DNA of 64,000 nt from Rhodospirillales bacterium (GCA_038143065.1 JAYQLI010000035.1:1952894-2016893); one strand, 5' to 3'; shown: positions 46,170-57,466, counted from the stretch's first letter. A program made the numbers and translations. The notes: generated by a model not told the origin, from the letters alone.

Positions 46170-47207
46170 ATGACTAAAACTCAAACTCTCCTATCTTCTG
46201 TTCTTAGTGGCAAAGCAGCGCCAAGACCTCCTGTGTGGCTAATGCGTCAGGCAGGTCGTTATCTACCTGAATATCGCAAGCTTCGAACACAAGCGAAAGA
46301 TTTTCTAACATTTTGTTACACGCCTGATATGGCGACTGAAGCAACTTTGCAGCCGATAAGCCGTTTTGGATTTGATGCTGCAATAATTTTTTCTGATATT
46401 TTGGTTTTACCTCATGCACTTGGGCAAAAAGTATGGTTTGAACCGGGATTTGGTCCAAGATTAGATGCTTTGAATACATCCGATGACGTGAACAATTTGG
46501 ATCTTGGACAGGTAACAGAATTTCTCAAACCAGTTTATTCCGCTGTGACAAAAACCAGAAATAAGCTTCCAAAAGAAACAGCGCTTATTGGATTTGCAGG
46601 AGCTCCTTGGACACTTGCAGCTTATATGCTTGAAGGTGCGGGTAGTCGCGATTATTCGAAAGCAAGAAAGTTTGCTTTAGAAAAACCAAGCGCATGGTCA
46701 AAACTCCTAAATTTATTGGAGTCAGCAATATCCAAGCATCTGATCAACCAAATCGAAGCTGGGGCTGAAGTTGTGCAAATATTTGATAGTTGGGCTGGCG
46801 CATTGCCGGCTTATGGTGTGAAAGCATGGAGTTTGGAACCTATTGGTCGAATAGCACAAAGTGTGAAAGCAGCTCATCCAGGAGCCAAGGTTATAGCATT
46901 TCCGCGAGGGGCGGATGCATTTGTTAGTGATTTTGCGGCTTTGCCAGCAGTTGATGCTGTGTCATTGGGTCAAGCTTTACCTACAGACGCGTTTGATCAT
47001 GTTCGTAACGCTGGGGCGATACCACAAGGTAATTTAGATCCAGTTACATTAATTTGTGGGGGTGATTTCCTTATTAAAGAGATTGATAACATTCTTAACT
47101 CCAACAAAAACTCAGCGTTTGTTTTCAACTTAGGTCATGGAATTACACCTGAGACACCAATAGCTAATGTAGAGGCTCTTATTAAAAGAATTAGGGATAG
47201 CGCATGA
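46170..47207 (+). CDS. hemE: Uroporphyrinogen decarboxylase
   Basis: WLMRQAGRYLPEY, FSDILV, IFDSWAG, QGNLDP, FNLGHGI. Confidence 0.98.
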   Translation: MTKTQTLLSSVLSGKAAPRPPVWLMRQAGRYLPEYRKLRTQAKDFLTFCYTPDMATEATLQPISRFGFDAAIIFSDILVLPHALGQKVWFEPGFGPRLDALNTSDDVNNLDLGQVTEFLKPVYSAVTKTRNKLPKETALIGFAGAPWTLAAYMLEGAGSRDYSKARKFALEKPSAWSKLLNLLESAISKHLINQIEAGAEVVQIFDSWAGALPAYGVKAWSLEPIGRIAQSVKAAHPGAKVIAFPRGADAFVSDFAALPAVDAVSLGQALPTDAFDHVRNAGAIPQGNLDPVTLICGGDFLIKEIDNILNSNKNSAFVFNLGHGITPETPIANVEALIKRIRDSA

Positions 47208-47653
47208 GTGAATTTCTCGTAGGAAGTTATCCATGGTTCAAAGCAATTCATATTATTGCGGTGATGTCTTGGATGGCTGGACTTCTCTATCTTCCTCGGC
47301 TCTTTGTGTATCACGTAGAAGTCGAATTAAATTCGAAAGAAGATCATAGATTCCAGGTTATGGAGCGCCGCCTCCTGCGCGCTATAATGAATCCCGCGAT
47401 GGTAGTTTCGTACATATTTGGAATTTTGTTGATACTCACACCTGGCATTGTTGATTGGAGCTCTGCCTGGATTTGGCTGAAAATTCTGGCGATTTTAGTT
47501 TTAACAGGATGCCATCATGCCATGGGAAAATGGCGCAAGGATCTAGCGGAAGGGACGAACCAGAAAAGCCAACGGTACTTCAGAGTAGCTAATGAAGTGC
47601 CCACAATATCGATGATAATTATTGTAATAATGGTTGTGGTAAAACCGTTTTAG
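47204..47653 (+). CDS. hemJ: Protoporphyrinogen oxidase HemJ
   Basis: WMAGLLYLPRLFVYH, MERRL, NEVPT, VVKPF. Confidence 0.95.
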   Translation: MSEFLVGSYPWFKAIHIIAVMSWMAGLLYLPRLFVYHVEVELNSKEDHRFQVMERRLLRAIMNPAMVVSYIFGILLILTPGIVDWSSAWIWLKILAILVLTGCHHAMGKWRKDLAEGTNQKSQRYFRVANEVPTISMIIIVIMVVVKPF

Positions 47654-47840
47654 GTTGACAAGTCATCGTTTCCTGAGCAAATAGCGTGAAGCAATCATGG
47701 GGGTGAGTAAAGATTTCTCCATTGGTTGACTGGTCTTTCTTAAGTGCTGGCGTCAGAACGCTTCGTTTCATTTTGCTGGCAGACAACCCTAATTTAAATC
47801 AAAGAAGAGTGGCGACGTGCTTCAGAATGTTCCCCAGAGC

Positions 47841-49097
47841 ATGAATCTAGCTGAGCTAAAACAAAAAGGCCCGGCAGAACTTTTGCAGCTAGCTGAAGAG
47901 CTTGAAATTGAAAATGCTAGTTCGCTTCGCAAACAGGATATGATGTTTGCAATTTTGAAGGAACTCGCTGACCAAGAAGTCGTTATTACTGGAGAGGGTG
48001 TAGTAGAAGTCTTGCCAGATGGCTTTGGGTTTTTGAGATCACCAGATGCAAACTATCTTCCTGGCCCAGACGATATTTATGTTTCTCCAAATCAAATACG
48101 TCGATTTAGTCTCCGCACAGGCGATACGGTAACTGGTGAAATTCGAGCACCGAAGAACGGGGAGAGATATTTCGCACTCGTTAAGGTTTCTACGGTAAAT
48201 TTCGATGCACCCGAAAAAGTACGTCAGCGTATAAATTTTGATAATTTAACGCCTCTTTATCCAGATGAGCGATTAGTTTTAGAGGTACAGAACACAGAAT
48301 CTAAGGACCTCACGACACGAGTGGTTGAATTGGTTTCACCAATCGGCAAGGGCCAAAGAGCGCTTGTAGTGGCTCCTCCAAGAACAGGTAAGACTATGAT
48401 GTTGCAGTCAATTGCTCATGCAATTGCTGCCAATAACCCTGAAGTTTATTTGCTAGTACTTCTGATTGATGAAAGACCTGAAGAAGTAACTGATATGCAA
48501 CGCTCAGTCCGAGGTGAGGTAATTTCCTCTACTTTCGATGAGCCTGCTCAGCGACATGTTCAAGTTGCTGATATGGTAATCGAAAAGGCGAAGCGTCTCG
48601 TTGAGCACAAACACGATGTTGTCATACTCTTAGATTCAATTACCCGATTAGCCCGCGCATACAACACAGTTGTGCCCTCTTCTGGCAAGGTACTTACTGG
48701 AGGCGTGGATGCTAATGCTCTTCAGAGGCCAAAGAGGTTTTTTGGCGCTGCACGTAACATTGAAGAAGGCGGAAGCCTATCAATTATAGCAACAGCCCTA
48801 ATCGACACCGGGAGCCGGATGGACGAAGTGATTTTTGAAGAGTTCAAAGGCACAGGTAACGCTGAAATTGTTCTGGATAGAAAACTTGCAGACAAGCGAG
48901 TTTGGCCAGCAATTGACATAGGTAAGTCTGGAACCCGCAAAGAAGAACTTCTTGTTGATCGTCAAGAGCTTAACAAAATGTGGATGCTGCGTCGGGTCTT
49001 GATGCCTATGGGTACTCAGGATGCCATGGAATTTCTTGTAGGCAAGTTACGAGAGACAAAAACTAATGGAGATTTCTTCCAACAAATGAATCAATAA
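47841..49097 (+). CDS. rho: Transcription termination factor Rho
   Basis: [40 protein letters not shown]. Confidence 0.99.
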   Translation: MNLAELKQKGPAELLQLAEELEIENASSLRKQDMMFAILKELADQEVVITGEGVVEVLPDGFGFLRSPDANYLPGPDDIYVSPNQIRRFSLRTGDTVTGEIRAPKNGERYFALVKVSTVNFDAPEKVRQRINFDNLTPLYPDERLVLEVQNTESKDLTTRVVELVSPIGKGQRALVVAPPRTGKTMMLQSIAHAIAANNPEVYLLVLLIDERPEEVTDMQRSVRGEVISSTFDEPAQRHVQVADMVIEKAKRLVEHKHDVVILLDSITRLARAYNTVVPSSGKVLTGGVDANALQRPKRFFGAARNIEEGGSLSIIATALIDTGSRMDEVIFEEFKGTGNAEIVLDRKLADKRVWPAIDIGKSGTRKEELLVDRQELNKMWMLRRVLMPMGTQDAMEFLVGKLRETKTNGDFFQQMNQ

Positions 49098-49117
49098 CGA
49101 ATAAGGTTTTAGATACT

Positions 49118-50128
49118 TTATGCGTTTAAACGGCGAGCATAAGTAGGGCCCCATTCTCTTGTTGTTTCGAATATTTTAGGAAGAGGCCGGCCATTCGGTA
49201 GAGATAGCCAGAGGCGCAGCATGCAGCGCTTCAACCGCGGGTCTTCATAATCAGAATAATTAAAACGAGCATGGAAACAGGTAGCATTGTTAGCTATTTC
49301 CATGTCTCCCGGCTCTAAGTTTAGGGCAAGATGCATGTTAGGGTCGTTGGCTACTTCATCAAGAAGATCCATTGCCGCGATTTGTTCATCTGTCAGTTTG
49401 GGAACATCTTCGAACCGTTGTGCAAGCTCGATGTACCGTCGTTTGTAAAGTGCAGAAACCATTCCATCGTGCAGGTTAAAAATAGGAACGGTCTGTGTTT
49501 GTTTTTCCCAAGGATTTTGAGCCCTGGCATCAAAGTGAAATGGAGCTGTGAGGATTCCCGCTAGTTTCTGGTCACGGTGCAGCAACTCGTTGTAAATGGC
49601 GGTTGATGATACTAATCGGGATCCACCGCCAGATTTTGCCGGTCGAAAACATAAAAGCGCGAAAACATCATCTGCTCCGTCAGTATGAAACGTCAGTTCA
49701 TCATTGGTCTGAAAGCTGCGAATGTTATCGGTTGTTTCAACATTTGCGCCTGTGTCAGTCACGACGTGAAAGAGTTTACCTGCTTTATCTTGTGGCTCCG
49801 GATACCCTAGATGTTGGCCAAAGCACCAATGCATTACTTGTGCTTCTTCTAAGCTAAAGCGCTCAACAGGCATACCGTGTACTACTACGAAGCCTCGGCC
49901 ACCCTCCAGATCTTCTCGGAGGCTACAAATTTTTTTTGAGAGCGTTGGGAGGGCAAAATCAGATGCCGTTAATTTCTCAACAGGCACCTGTTTCTTGAGA
50001 GCAAGATCTGTTGCTTTAATAAGTTCATCGATCTCTTTAGGACTAAGCCGTAAACGCCAATCCCCCTCAGCCGCTAGATCACATGCCCTCCATGCGGCTT
50101 TGCTTTCAACAGGCTTAAGCTTTGTCAC
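49118..50128 (-). CDS. TauD/TfdA family Fe(II)/2-oxoglutarate dioxygenase
   Basis: FHTD, distal HAR, R.MLRLW; GTGA overlap with the upstream gene. Confidence 0.88.
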   Translation of the reverse strand: MTKLKPVESKAAWRACDLAAEGDWRLRLSPKEIDELIKATDLALKKQVPVEKLTASDFALPTLSKKICSLREDLEGGRGFVVVHGMPVERFSLEEAQVMHWCFGQHLGYPEPQDKAGKLFHVVTDTGANVETTDNIRSFQTNDELTFHTDGADDVFALLCFRPAKSGGGSRLVSSTAIYNELLHRDQKLAGILTAPFHFDARAQNPWEKQTQTVPIFNLHDGMVSALYKRRYIELAQRFEDVPKLTDEQIAAMDLLDEVANDPNMHLALNLEPGDMEIANNATCFHARFNYSDYEDPRLKRCMLRLWLSLPNGRPLPKIFETTREWGPTYARRLNA

Positions 50129-50826
50129 GCTAAAGTCCGTTTAAAAGCTTCCAACGACCGAGAGTTAGCTAAATTTGCATTCTCTTCGTCATACGGTACC
50201 CCTCCTATGCGAGCAAAAGCATGATCCATTCCAGGGTAGTTGTGGAGTGTCACAGAGTTGTGATCATTTAATCCCTCATTGATCTTTGCCTGTGCCTCTT
50301 TAGATACAAACCCATCTTCTTCGGCAATGTGCATAACTAGTGGATTAGTGATGTTTCGTGCCTCTCCAAGAAGTTCTTCAATCCCCACACCGTAATAGCT
50401 GACGTTGCAATCAGCGTCTGATCTGCAAGCTAGTAGATAAGCAAGCTTGCCCCCAAGACAAAAACCAACAGTACCTACTTTGCCGCTTGCTCCGTTCATT
50501 GACCGACAATGAGCAATGGTGGCCAAGAGGTCTTCAACGCCTTTGTCTAAGTCAAAACCCTGAAACAATTCAAAAGCCTTCTTCCATTCGGCTTCAGACT
50601 GATCGGTAATGTCGACTCCTGGCTCTTGGCGCCAGAACAGATCAGGAGCTACAGCTATATAACCTTGATCGGCCCAGTATTTAGCAATATCCCGCATTGC
50701 GTGATTCACGCCGAAAATCTCTTGTATGCAGATTACTACGGGACCTGCGCCACTTTTGGGCTTTTCCACGTACGCTTTAAAGCTTCCGCCATCATTTGCC
50801 TTAATTTCGATCCAGTCAGCCATCAC
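50125..50826 (-). CDS. Dienelactone hydrolase family protein
   Basis: QEIFGVN, PDLFWR, GFCLGG, YPGMDHAF. Confidence 0.93.
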   Translation of the reverse strand: MMADWIEIKANDGGSFKAYVEKPKSGAGPVVICIQEIFGVNHAMRDIAKYWADQGYIAVAPDLFWRQEPGVDITDQSEAEWKKAFELFQGFDLDKGVEDLLATIAHCRSMNGASGKVGTVGFCLGGKLAYLLACRSDADCNVSYYGVGIEELLGEARNITNPLVMHIAEEDGFVSKEAQAKINEGLNDHNSVTLHNYPGMDHAFARIGGVPYDEENANLANSRSLEAFKRTLA

Positions 50827-50903
50827 TCATACTCCCTCTGAGAGCTATATAATTCTTTAAGTATAGGATAGCCGTGTGGTCGTTAGAGGCGCAATGCTGA
50901 TTT

Positions 50904-51368
50904 TCAAAGCAACAAAGCGCCTTCGTGGGCCAAAAGCCAGCGCTTGGTTTCAACTCCACCTTGTCCCGAGTAGCCAACCATGTGGCCATTGCTGCCCACT
51001 ACGCGGTGGCAGGGAATAATGATTGGAATTGGATTACGGCCACAGGCATGACCAACGGCCTGGGCAGGTTTTCCAGTCATCTTTGCTATGTCACCATAGG
51101 TCGCTGTCATCCCATGCGGGATTTGCGTCATAGCCCGCCAGACCGACAGCTCGAACTCAGACCCTTCGGGAGCGAGAGAAACATGGAAGCTATTGATTTT
51201 ATTAAGAAAATAATGGTGCAGTTGGTCGCTGGCCTGAGATAAAGAGCTGTTTTTAGGCTTTGGCGTTATAGCTCTTTCAGTCCATTCTAGCGCGACGAGT
51301 GAGCCCGCGTCGGCTTTCAGGCAGAGGTTTCCAAGGGGCGAAGAAATAATGTGTTCATCAATCAGCAT
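50904..51368 (-). CDS. ogt: Methylated-DNA--protein-cysteine methyltransferase
   Basis: SPLG, TYGDIA, NPIPIIIPCHRV, LLAHEG. Confidence 0.92.
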   Translation of the reverse strand: MLIDEHIISSPLGNLCLKADAGSLVALEWTERAITPKPKNSSLSQASDQLHHYFLNKINSFHVSLAPEGSEFELSVWRAMTQIPHGMTATYGDIAKMTGKPAQAVGHACGRNPIPIIIPCHRVVGSNGHMVGYSGQGGVETKRWLLAHEGALLL

Positions 51369-51461
51369 GGGCTATCACGGTAATTCCTCGATATCTTATG
51401 TGTTAAGCACTTAATTTAACGCTATTATGTAGCGTAAGGCAGACTTATTGGAGTTATCTCT

Positions 51462-51737
51462 ATGAAAATAAGCATCGATATTGACGCTACGCCGGAAGAG
51501 GCTCGCCGGTTTTTTGGGTTACCAGACGTAGGGCCCATGCAAGACGCCTTGCTTTCAGAGATGACGGAAAGAATGCGCACGAGCTTAGCCAACATGGAAT
51601 CAGAGGCGCTGTGGAGCCAATGGATGCCGGGAGCCGCAGGTGCAAGTCAAGGCATAGAGTCGGTGCGTCAATTTTGGGAACAAGCGATGCAAACAGGCTT
51701 GTCAGGTGCTAAATCTCGGAAATCTGGTTCGGATTAA
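51462..51737 (+). CDS. DUF6489-like small protein
   Basis: MKISIDIDATPEEARRFFGLPDV..MQ; directly upstream of mnmE. Confidence 0.75.
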   Translation: MKISIDIDATPEEARRFFGLPDVGPMQDALLSEMTERMRTSLANMESEALWSQWMPGAAGASQGIESVRQFWEQAMQTGLSGAKSRKSGSD

Positions 51738-51751
51738 ACCAGGAAAAAGTC

Positions 51752-53053
51752 ATGACTGCAGGAGACGTGATTTTCGCCTGTGCTTCTGGTGCGGGCCAGT
51801 CTGGGGTGGCTGTGATACGGATTTCAGGCCCAGGAGCAGCCCTCGTATTTGAGGCCTTAACGCATATGAGTCCTCCACTGCCACGCAAGGCTTCGCTCAG
51901 GAAATTGTATAACTCTGATAAAGAGGTGCTTGATAAAGCGTTAACCCTATATTTCCCGGCTCCTAAAAGTTTTACTGGAGAGGAGTCGGTCGAGCTTCAT
52001 GTTCATGGCGGCCCAGCAGTTATAGATGGTGTTCTCGCTGCCCTTTCGAACCTGCAAGGTTTTCGTCCAGCTGAAGCTGGGGAGTTTACGCGACGCGCAT
52101 ATCGAAACGGCAAGATGGATCTTGCAGAAGCTGAGGGCCTGGGGGATCTGATAAGCGCTGATACCGCAGCCGCTAGACGACAAGCGTTATGGCAAATGCA
52201 AGGAGGACTGACGACGCAGCACCTATCATGGCGTGAAACCCTGATTTCTGCGTCTGCTCTGGCAGAAGCTGAATTGGATTTTTCAGACGAGCCCGTTCCA
52301 GGGGACCTAGAAGGCCAATGGAAGATGGAAATTCTAGAATTAAAAGAAACCTTAAGTCATTATCTATCGGAACGTCCTATCACAGAAAGACTATCTGAAG
52401 GGTTTCGTGTTGTACTGGTGGGGGCTCCTAATGCAGGTAAATCTAGCATTTTAAATGCCTTAGCGCGTCGTGATGCAGCAATAGTTACTGATATACCTGG
52501 AACAACCCGTGATATCCTTGAGGTCCGAATGGATTTGGATGGATATCCTGTAACAATTGTTGATACAGCGGGCCTTAGGGAAACCGAGGATCCAATTGAG
52601 CGGGAGGGTGTCCGTCGTGCATACGACGCACAGGGTTTAGCGGACCTTGTGGTTGAAGTTAGAGATATCCTTTCACCCACAGAACTCGCCAAACTTCCGG
52701 AAAATCGATTGGTTTTTCATAACAAGAAAGACCTTTCGTCAACACAACCTCCAGATGGGATTAGTGGGTCTGCAAAGACGGGAGAAGGGCTTAAGGATTT
52801 AGAAAGGGAATTGACCGCAGCAGCAAAGACTGCGATTGAAGGGGCGCCGAGGCCGCTCGCAACGCGGCATCGCCATCGCGTCGCATTAGAAGAGGTGGTT
52901 GCTGCAATTAATCGTGCTATGGAAGCCCCCGCATTGGAGCTTGCAGCTGAAGATTTAAGGCTTGCTAGCCGTGCTCTTGGGCGCATAGCCGGGCTTGTTG
53001 ATGTAGAGGACGTGCTAGATCGAATATTTTCTTCGTTCTGCATTGGGAAATAA
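51752..53053 (+). CDS. mnmE: tRNA U34 modification GTPase
   Basis: [34 protein letters not shown]. Confidence 0.98.
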   Translation: MTAGDVIFACASGAGQSGVAVIRISGPGAALVFEALTHMSPPLPRKASLRKLYNSDKEVLDKALTLYFPAPKSFTGEESVELHVHGGPAVIDGVLAALSNLQGFRPAEAGEFTRRAYRNGKMDLAEAEGLGDLISADTAAARRQALWQMQGGLTTQHLSWRETLISASALAEAELDFSDEPVPGDLEGQWKMEILELKETLSHYLSERPITERLSEGFRVVLVGAPNAGKSSILNALARRDAAIVTDIPGTTRDILEVRMDLDGYPVTIVDTAGLRETEDPIEREGVRRAYDAQGLADLVVEVRDILSPTELAKLPENRLVFHNKKDLSSTQPPDGISGSAKTGEGLKDLERELTAAAKTAIEGAPRPLATRHRHRVALEEVVAAINRAMEAPALELAAEDLRLASRALGRIAGLVDVEDVLDRIFSSFCIGK

Positions 53054-53055
53054 CG

Positions 53056-54946
53056 GTGTTTCACGTGAAACAAATAAAAAATAACTATGATGTAATTGTT
53101 GTTGGTGGAGGCCACGCCGGTGTTGAGGCGGCAGGCGCAGCTGCAAGGTTTGGCGCGAAAACATTGCTGATCACCCATCGGTTTGATCGTATTGGTGAGA
53201 TGTCTTGCAACCCAGCTATAGGTGGTCTTGGAAAAGGACACCTTGTTCGTGAAATTGACGCTTTAGATGGCATTATGGGGCGTGCGGCAGATGCATCAGG
53301 TATTCAGTTTCGTGTTTTAAACCGCAGTAAAGGGCCGGCAGTTCGTGGTCCGCGTGCTCAAGCAGATCGTGCGTTGTATCGGGAGGCAATTCAAGAAGCA
53401 GTAAAAGAACAAACCCACTTAAGCGTTTTAGAAGGAGCAGTGGCTGACATTTTGGTTTCAGGCCAAGGGCACTGCTCTGGTGTCAGAATGGAAACAGGAG
53501 AAGAGCTGGTTGCGGGCGCTGTAGTTATTACAACCGGCACGTTTCTCCGAGGCGTTATCCATATAGGCACCAAAAACAGCCCAGCGGGCCGGGTTGGTGA
53601 TGCAGCGGCAACGGTTCTCGGGGAGCGCCTTGAGGTGGCAGGGTTTCAAATGGGGCGACTTAAGACAGGCACACCGCCTCGGTTGCTTAAAGAGACCATT
53701 CGGTTCGACGTGTTAGAGCCACAATTAGGGGACGATCCTCCGGAGCCATTTTCGGCTCTAACCGAACGCATAACGGTGCCCCAAACGGTCTGCCATATTA
53801 CTCGCACGACCTCGAAGACCCATGACATAATTCGGTCGCGGATCAATGAATCGGCGATCCATAGTGGGAATATCAGTGGGTCGGGCCCAAGGTACTGTCC
53901 TTCGATTGAGGATAAGATAACTCGGTTCTCTGACAAAGATAATCATCAAATATTTCTTGAGCCAGAAGGCTTAAATGACCCCCTTATATACCCGAACGGA
54001 ATCTCGACCAGTCTGCCAGAAGATGTGCAGCGTGCGTTCCTTCAAACAATTCCAGGTCTAGAGGCTGTAGAAATAGCCCGACCAGGCTATGCAGTGGAAT
54101 ATGATTTTATTGATCCAAGGGAGCTGGATCACAGTTTAGAGACGAGGCGGATACCTCGGCTATTTTTAGCAGGCCAAATCAACGGCACCGACGGGGTATG
54201 AGGAGGCAGCCGCTCAGGGCCTGGTTGCCGGATTGAATGCAGCTCGAACAGTAGGGGGCAACGACCCCGCAGTATTTGATCGCACAGAGGCATATTTGGG
54301 TGTCATGATCGATGACCTTGTTGTGCGAGGAGTAGATGAGCCATATCGAATGTTTACATCGAGAGCTGAATTTAGGTTGCGACTTCGTGCAGATAATGCT
54401 GATCGGCGATTAACTGGTCGTGGAATAGAGTTGGGATGTGTGGGAGAGCCCAGGCAGCACTTGTTTCACGTGAAACAAAATGCATTGGAGGCCCTCGAGG
54501 CTAAGCTTAACGCCCTAACTGCATCACCTTCTGAGTTAGAGGCAGTTGGATTGCCTGGTAGTTCTGATGGCAAACGCCGAACGGCTTTGGAGTTGTTTGG
54601 GCGATTTGGTCCATCTTCAACTAGACTGCTGGCGCTCTGGCCGCAAATTGCGGATACCCCCATGTGGGCGCGCGCGAGCCTATCGACTGACGCACAGTAT
54701 GCAACATACCTTGCTCGTCAGGAAGCCGATGTTGCGGCTTTCAAGCGCGATGAAACGATGGAATTGCCCGACGATCTCGATTTCTGGAAGATAGAGGGCT
54801 TATCTACGGAAGCTCGGCAAAAATTGACTGCATCAAGGCCGCGGACGATTGGAGCTGCTGCACGAACCCCGGGGGTAACTCCTGCTGCGATTACAGCTTT
54901 GTTGCGTCGGGTCAGGGCTAATCGCAGGGCTGACATGGCGTCGTAA
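53056..54946 (+). CDS. mnmG: tRNA U34 modification enzyme GidA (frameshift near 54190)
   Basis: [24 protein letters not shown], reconstructed [27 protein letters not shown]. Confidence 0.96.
53057..53072. promoter_or_regulatory. parS centromere site (perfect palindrome)
   Basis: TGTTTCACGTGAAACA, the canonical parS consensus, overlapping the mnmG GTG start. Confidence 0.93.
54462..54477. promoter_or_regulatory. parS centromere site (perfect palindrome)
   Basis: Second exact TGTTTCACGTGAAACA, inside mnmG about 1.1 kb upstream of parA. Confidence 0.93.
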
Positions 54947-54978
54947 ACCCCCTAATTGAATTCCAGCCACCTCACGAT

Positions 54979-55610
54979 GTGCGCGTTGCGTTAGAAAATT
55001 TTGGTGTTACCGATTTAAGCATAGAGAGGCTTATTCGTTACGTTTCTGTGCTAGATCGCTGGCGTCAACGGATCAATCTGATTGGCCCAGCTAATTTAAA
55101 TGATATTTGGAACAGACATGTCTTAGACTCTGCGCAGGTCTTTCCTTTATTAGGGGCAAGCCGAAGCTCAAGTGCTTTGGTGGATTTTGGCTCTGGTGCT
55201 GGTTTTCCTGGCCTTGTGTTATCATGCATCAGTGGCTTGCCCGTAACCTTGGTAGATAGTGATCAACGAAAAGCAGTTTTTCTTCGTGAGGCTGCAAGGC
55301 ATGCTGGTGTTGATGTGCGTGTAATATCAGAGCGGTTTGATAAAGCTTTAAAGAATGAGACTTTTGGCAAATTCCAGTTTGTAACTGGCCGGGCTGTAGC
55401 TCCTCTGGTTCGACTTTTACCTTTTATCTATGGGTCTCTTGAACCCGCTGGTTTTGCTTTGATGCATAAGGGGCGCAGGTCGAAAAAGAATTGACCGAAG
55501 CAATGAAAAGCTGGACAATGAAATATGAAATGATCCCTAGTATTACCTCTGATGATGGTATAATACTCAAGATATGGTGTCTAATGCCGGATGACGCAAA
55601 TAAACTCTGA
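54979..55610 (+). CDS. rsmG: 16S rRNA m7G527 methyltransferase (frameshift near 55471)
   Basis: INLIG, RHVLDSAQ, DFGSGAGFPG, RAVAPL, KG. Confidence 0.92.
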
Positions 55611-56454
55611 TACAAATGATAACGCTCATGAGGAAAGATTGCCTCGCGTTATTGCAGTAGTTAATCAAAAGGGTGGTGTTGGCAAAACCACCACTGCAGT
55701 TAATCTTGCGGCTGCTTTAGCTGCTTGCGGCCAGCGAACTCTCGTAATTGATTTAGATCCACAGGGAAATGCATCGACCGGAGTGGGAATTCCAGCCAAT
55801 CGGCGGAAGGTTGGGGTGTATGATGTTTTAATTGGCGAATGTAGCCTTGCTGAGGCAGCTTTTAAGACTGAGATGCCGCTCTTTGACATTGTTCCATCTA
55901 CGATGGATTTGTCTGGTGCAGAAATCGAATTGGTAGATATGCCGAGGCGGGAGCGCCGATTAGCAGATGCTTTAAACCAAGCAAAAAGCGAATCAGGACC
56001 ATTAGGATACTCATTTATTTTGATTGATTGTCCTCCGTCGCTTGGCCTTTTGACTTTAAATGCGCTTGTTGCTGCAGATGGCGCTTTTGCCCCACTGCAA
56101 GCCGAGTTCCTTGCGCTTGAGGGGCTAAGCCATTTGAAGAGAACAATTGATCTGGTCGCCGAGCGATTAAACCCCAAGTTAGCGCTTGAGGGCATTGTGA
56201 TAACAATGATGGACAGAAGAATTCGGTTGGCTGAAGCCGTTGCGGCCGATGTGAGAGCGCACTTTGGTGACATTGTTTATAAAGCCGAGATTCCAAGGAA
56301 TGTGCGAGTTTCCGAGGCCCCGTCCCATGGAAAGCCTGTGTTGCTCTACGATCTTAATTGCACGGGCAGCAAGGCCTACCTGGATTTAGCCCGTGAGTTT
56401 TTGCAACGTGAAGGTTTATTGCCGGGTGGGCCAGTTAAGGTGGTAGCAGCATGA
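55591..56454 (+). CDS. parA: Chromosome partitioning ATPase ParA/Soj
   Basis: NQKGGVGKTT, DLDPQGNAS, DCPPSLG, IPRNVRVSEAPSHG. Confidence 0.97.
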   Translation: MTQINSDTNDNAHEERLPRVIAVVNQKGGVGKTTTAVNLAAALAACGQRTLVIDLDPQGNASTGVGIPANRRKVGVYDVLIGECSLAEAAFKTEMPLFDIVPSTMDLSGAEIELVDMPRRERRLADALNQAKSESGPLGYSFILIDCPPSLGLLTLNALVAADGAFAPLQAEFLALEGLSHLKRTIDLVAERLNPKLALEGIVITMMDRRIRLAEAVAADVRAHFGDIVYKAEIPRNVRVSEAPSHGKPVLLYDLNCTGSKAYLDLAREFLQREGLLPGGPVKVVAA

Positions 56455-57347
56455 GCATTGTCGAAAATAAATCTGTTCGTCCAAAGCTAGGTCGCGGCTT
56501 AGCCGCGTTACTGGGAGAAGATGGTTCAGACCACGTAAGTGAGGGCAGTGCTAACAATAAAGCCACCCGGTCTCTACCTGTGGCATCACTCCAGCCTGGT
56601 GTTGGTCAGCCCCGACGACATTTTAATGAAGAAGCTCTAGACGCGCTTGCACAATCCATTCGTGAGCGTGGAATGCTACAACCCATTATTGCTCGAAGGC
56701 TGTCTGGCGAGCTGTCTGGTTATGAAATTATTGCCGGTGAACGACGCTGGCGCGCTGCTCAAAGGGCGGGTTTGGCAGAGGTTCCAGTAATTTTAAGGGA
56801 TATGACGGATCGTGATGCCTTAGAAATTGCTTTGATTGAAAATATTCAAAGGGAAGACCTGAACCCAATCGAAGAGGCAAATGGTTATCAGAACTTAGTG
56901 GATTCATTTGGCTATACCCAGGAAGATTTAGCTAAAGCGGTTGGTAAAAGCCGACCTCATGTAGCCAATATGATGAGACTTCTAAATCTTCCAGCAAAAC
57001 TTCGTACCTATGTGGCGGAAGGTCGTTTATCTGCGGGTCACGCGAGAGCATTGCTGGTGGCCAAAGACCCAGAAAAACTTGCTGAACTAGTGGTTCAACG
57101 TGGATTGAATGTGCGTCAGACCGAGCGATTGGTGCAAGAGGGCGGTATGCAAGTACCCCGCAAACCCTCTAGTAGAGACCCAAATGTCGTGTCTGCAGAG
57201 AAAGATCTGAGTGATGCGCTTGGTCTCAAAGCTGCTCTACAGCCTGTTGGAAAGCGCGGCGGCCGTCTTGTTTTGCATTATAAAGATTACGATCAATTAG
57301 AGTTTTTAATCTCCCGTTTGACCAAGCGGCCACACCAATACACTTGA
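56451..57347 (+). CDS. parB: Chromosome partitioning CTPase ParB
   Basis: LGRGLAALL, QPR, GERRWRAA, ENIQREDL, GHARALL. Confidence 0.97.
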   Translation: MSIVENKSVRPKLGRGLAALLGEDGSDHVSEGSANNKATRSLPVASLQPGVGQPRRHFNEEALDALAQSIRERGMLQPIIARRLSGELSGYEIIAGERRWRAAQRAGLAEVPVILRDMTDRDALEIALIENIQREDLNPIEEANGYQNLVDSFGYTQEDLAKAVGKSRPHVANMMRLLNLPAKLRTYVAEGRLSAGHARALLVAKDPEKLAELVVQRGLNVRQTERLVQEGGMQVPRKPSSRDPNVVSAEKDLSDALGLKAALQPVGKRGGRLVLHYKDYDQLEFLISRLTKRPHQYT

Positions 57348-57466
57348 TGCAATCAATACAACAATATAAATATTAAAAATTACAATACAATAAGAACAAA
57401 TATAAATTAAATATTTAATATAAAATACTACGTATTTAGTGATATAATTTGTTTTTTATTATACTT

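Noticed and set aside
47690-47785. Riboswitch or sRNA in the rho leader
   Set aside because: Only imperfect hairpins with no match to an aptamer I recognise; a long leader fits ordinary Rho autoregulation.
55665-56273. 202-aa antisense ORF over parA (likewise 5923-6507, 52717-53241 and other shadow ORFs)
   Set aside because: These lie opposite well-supported genes, have no recognisable motifs, and are expected by-products of codon usage.
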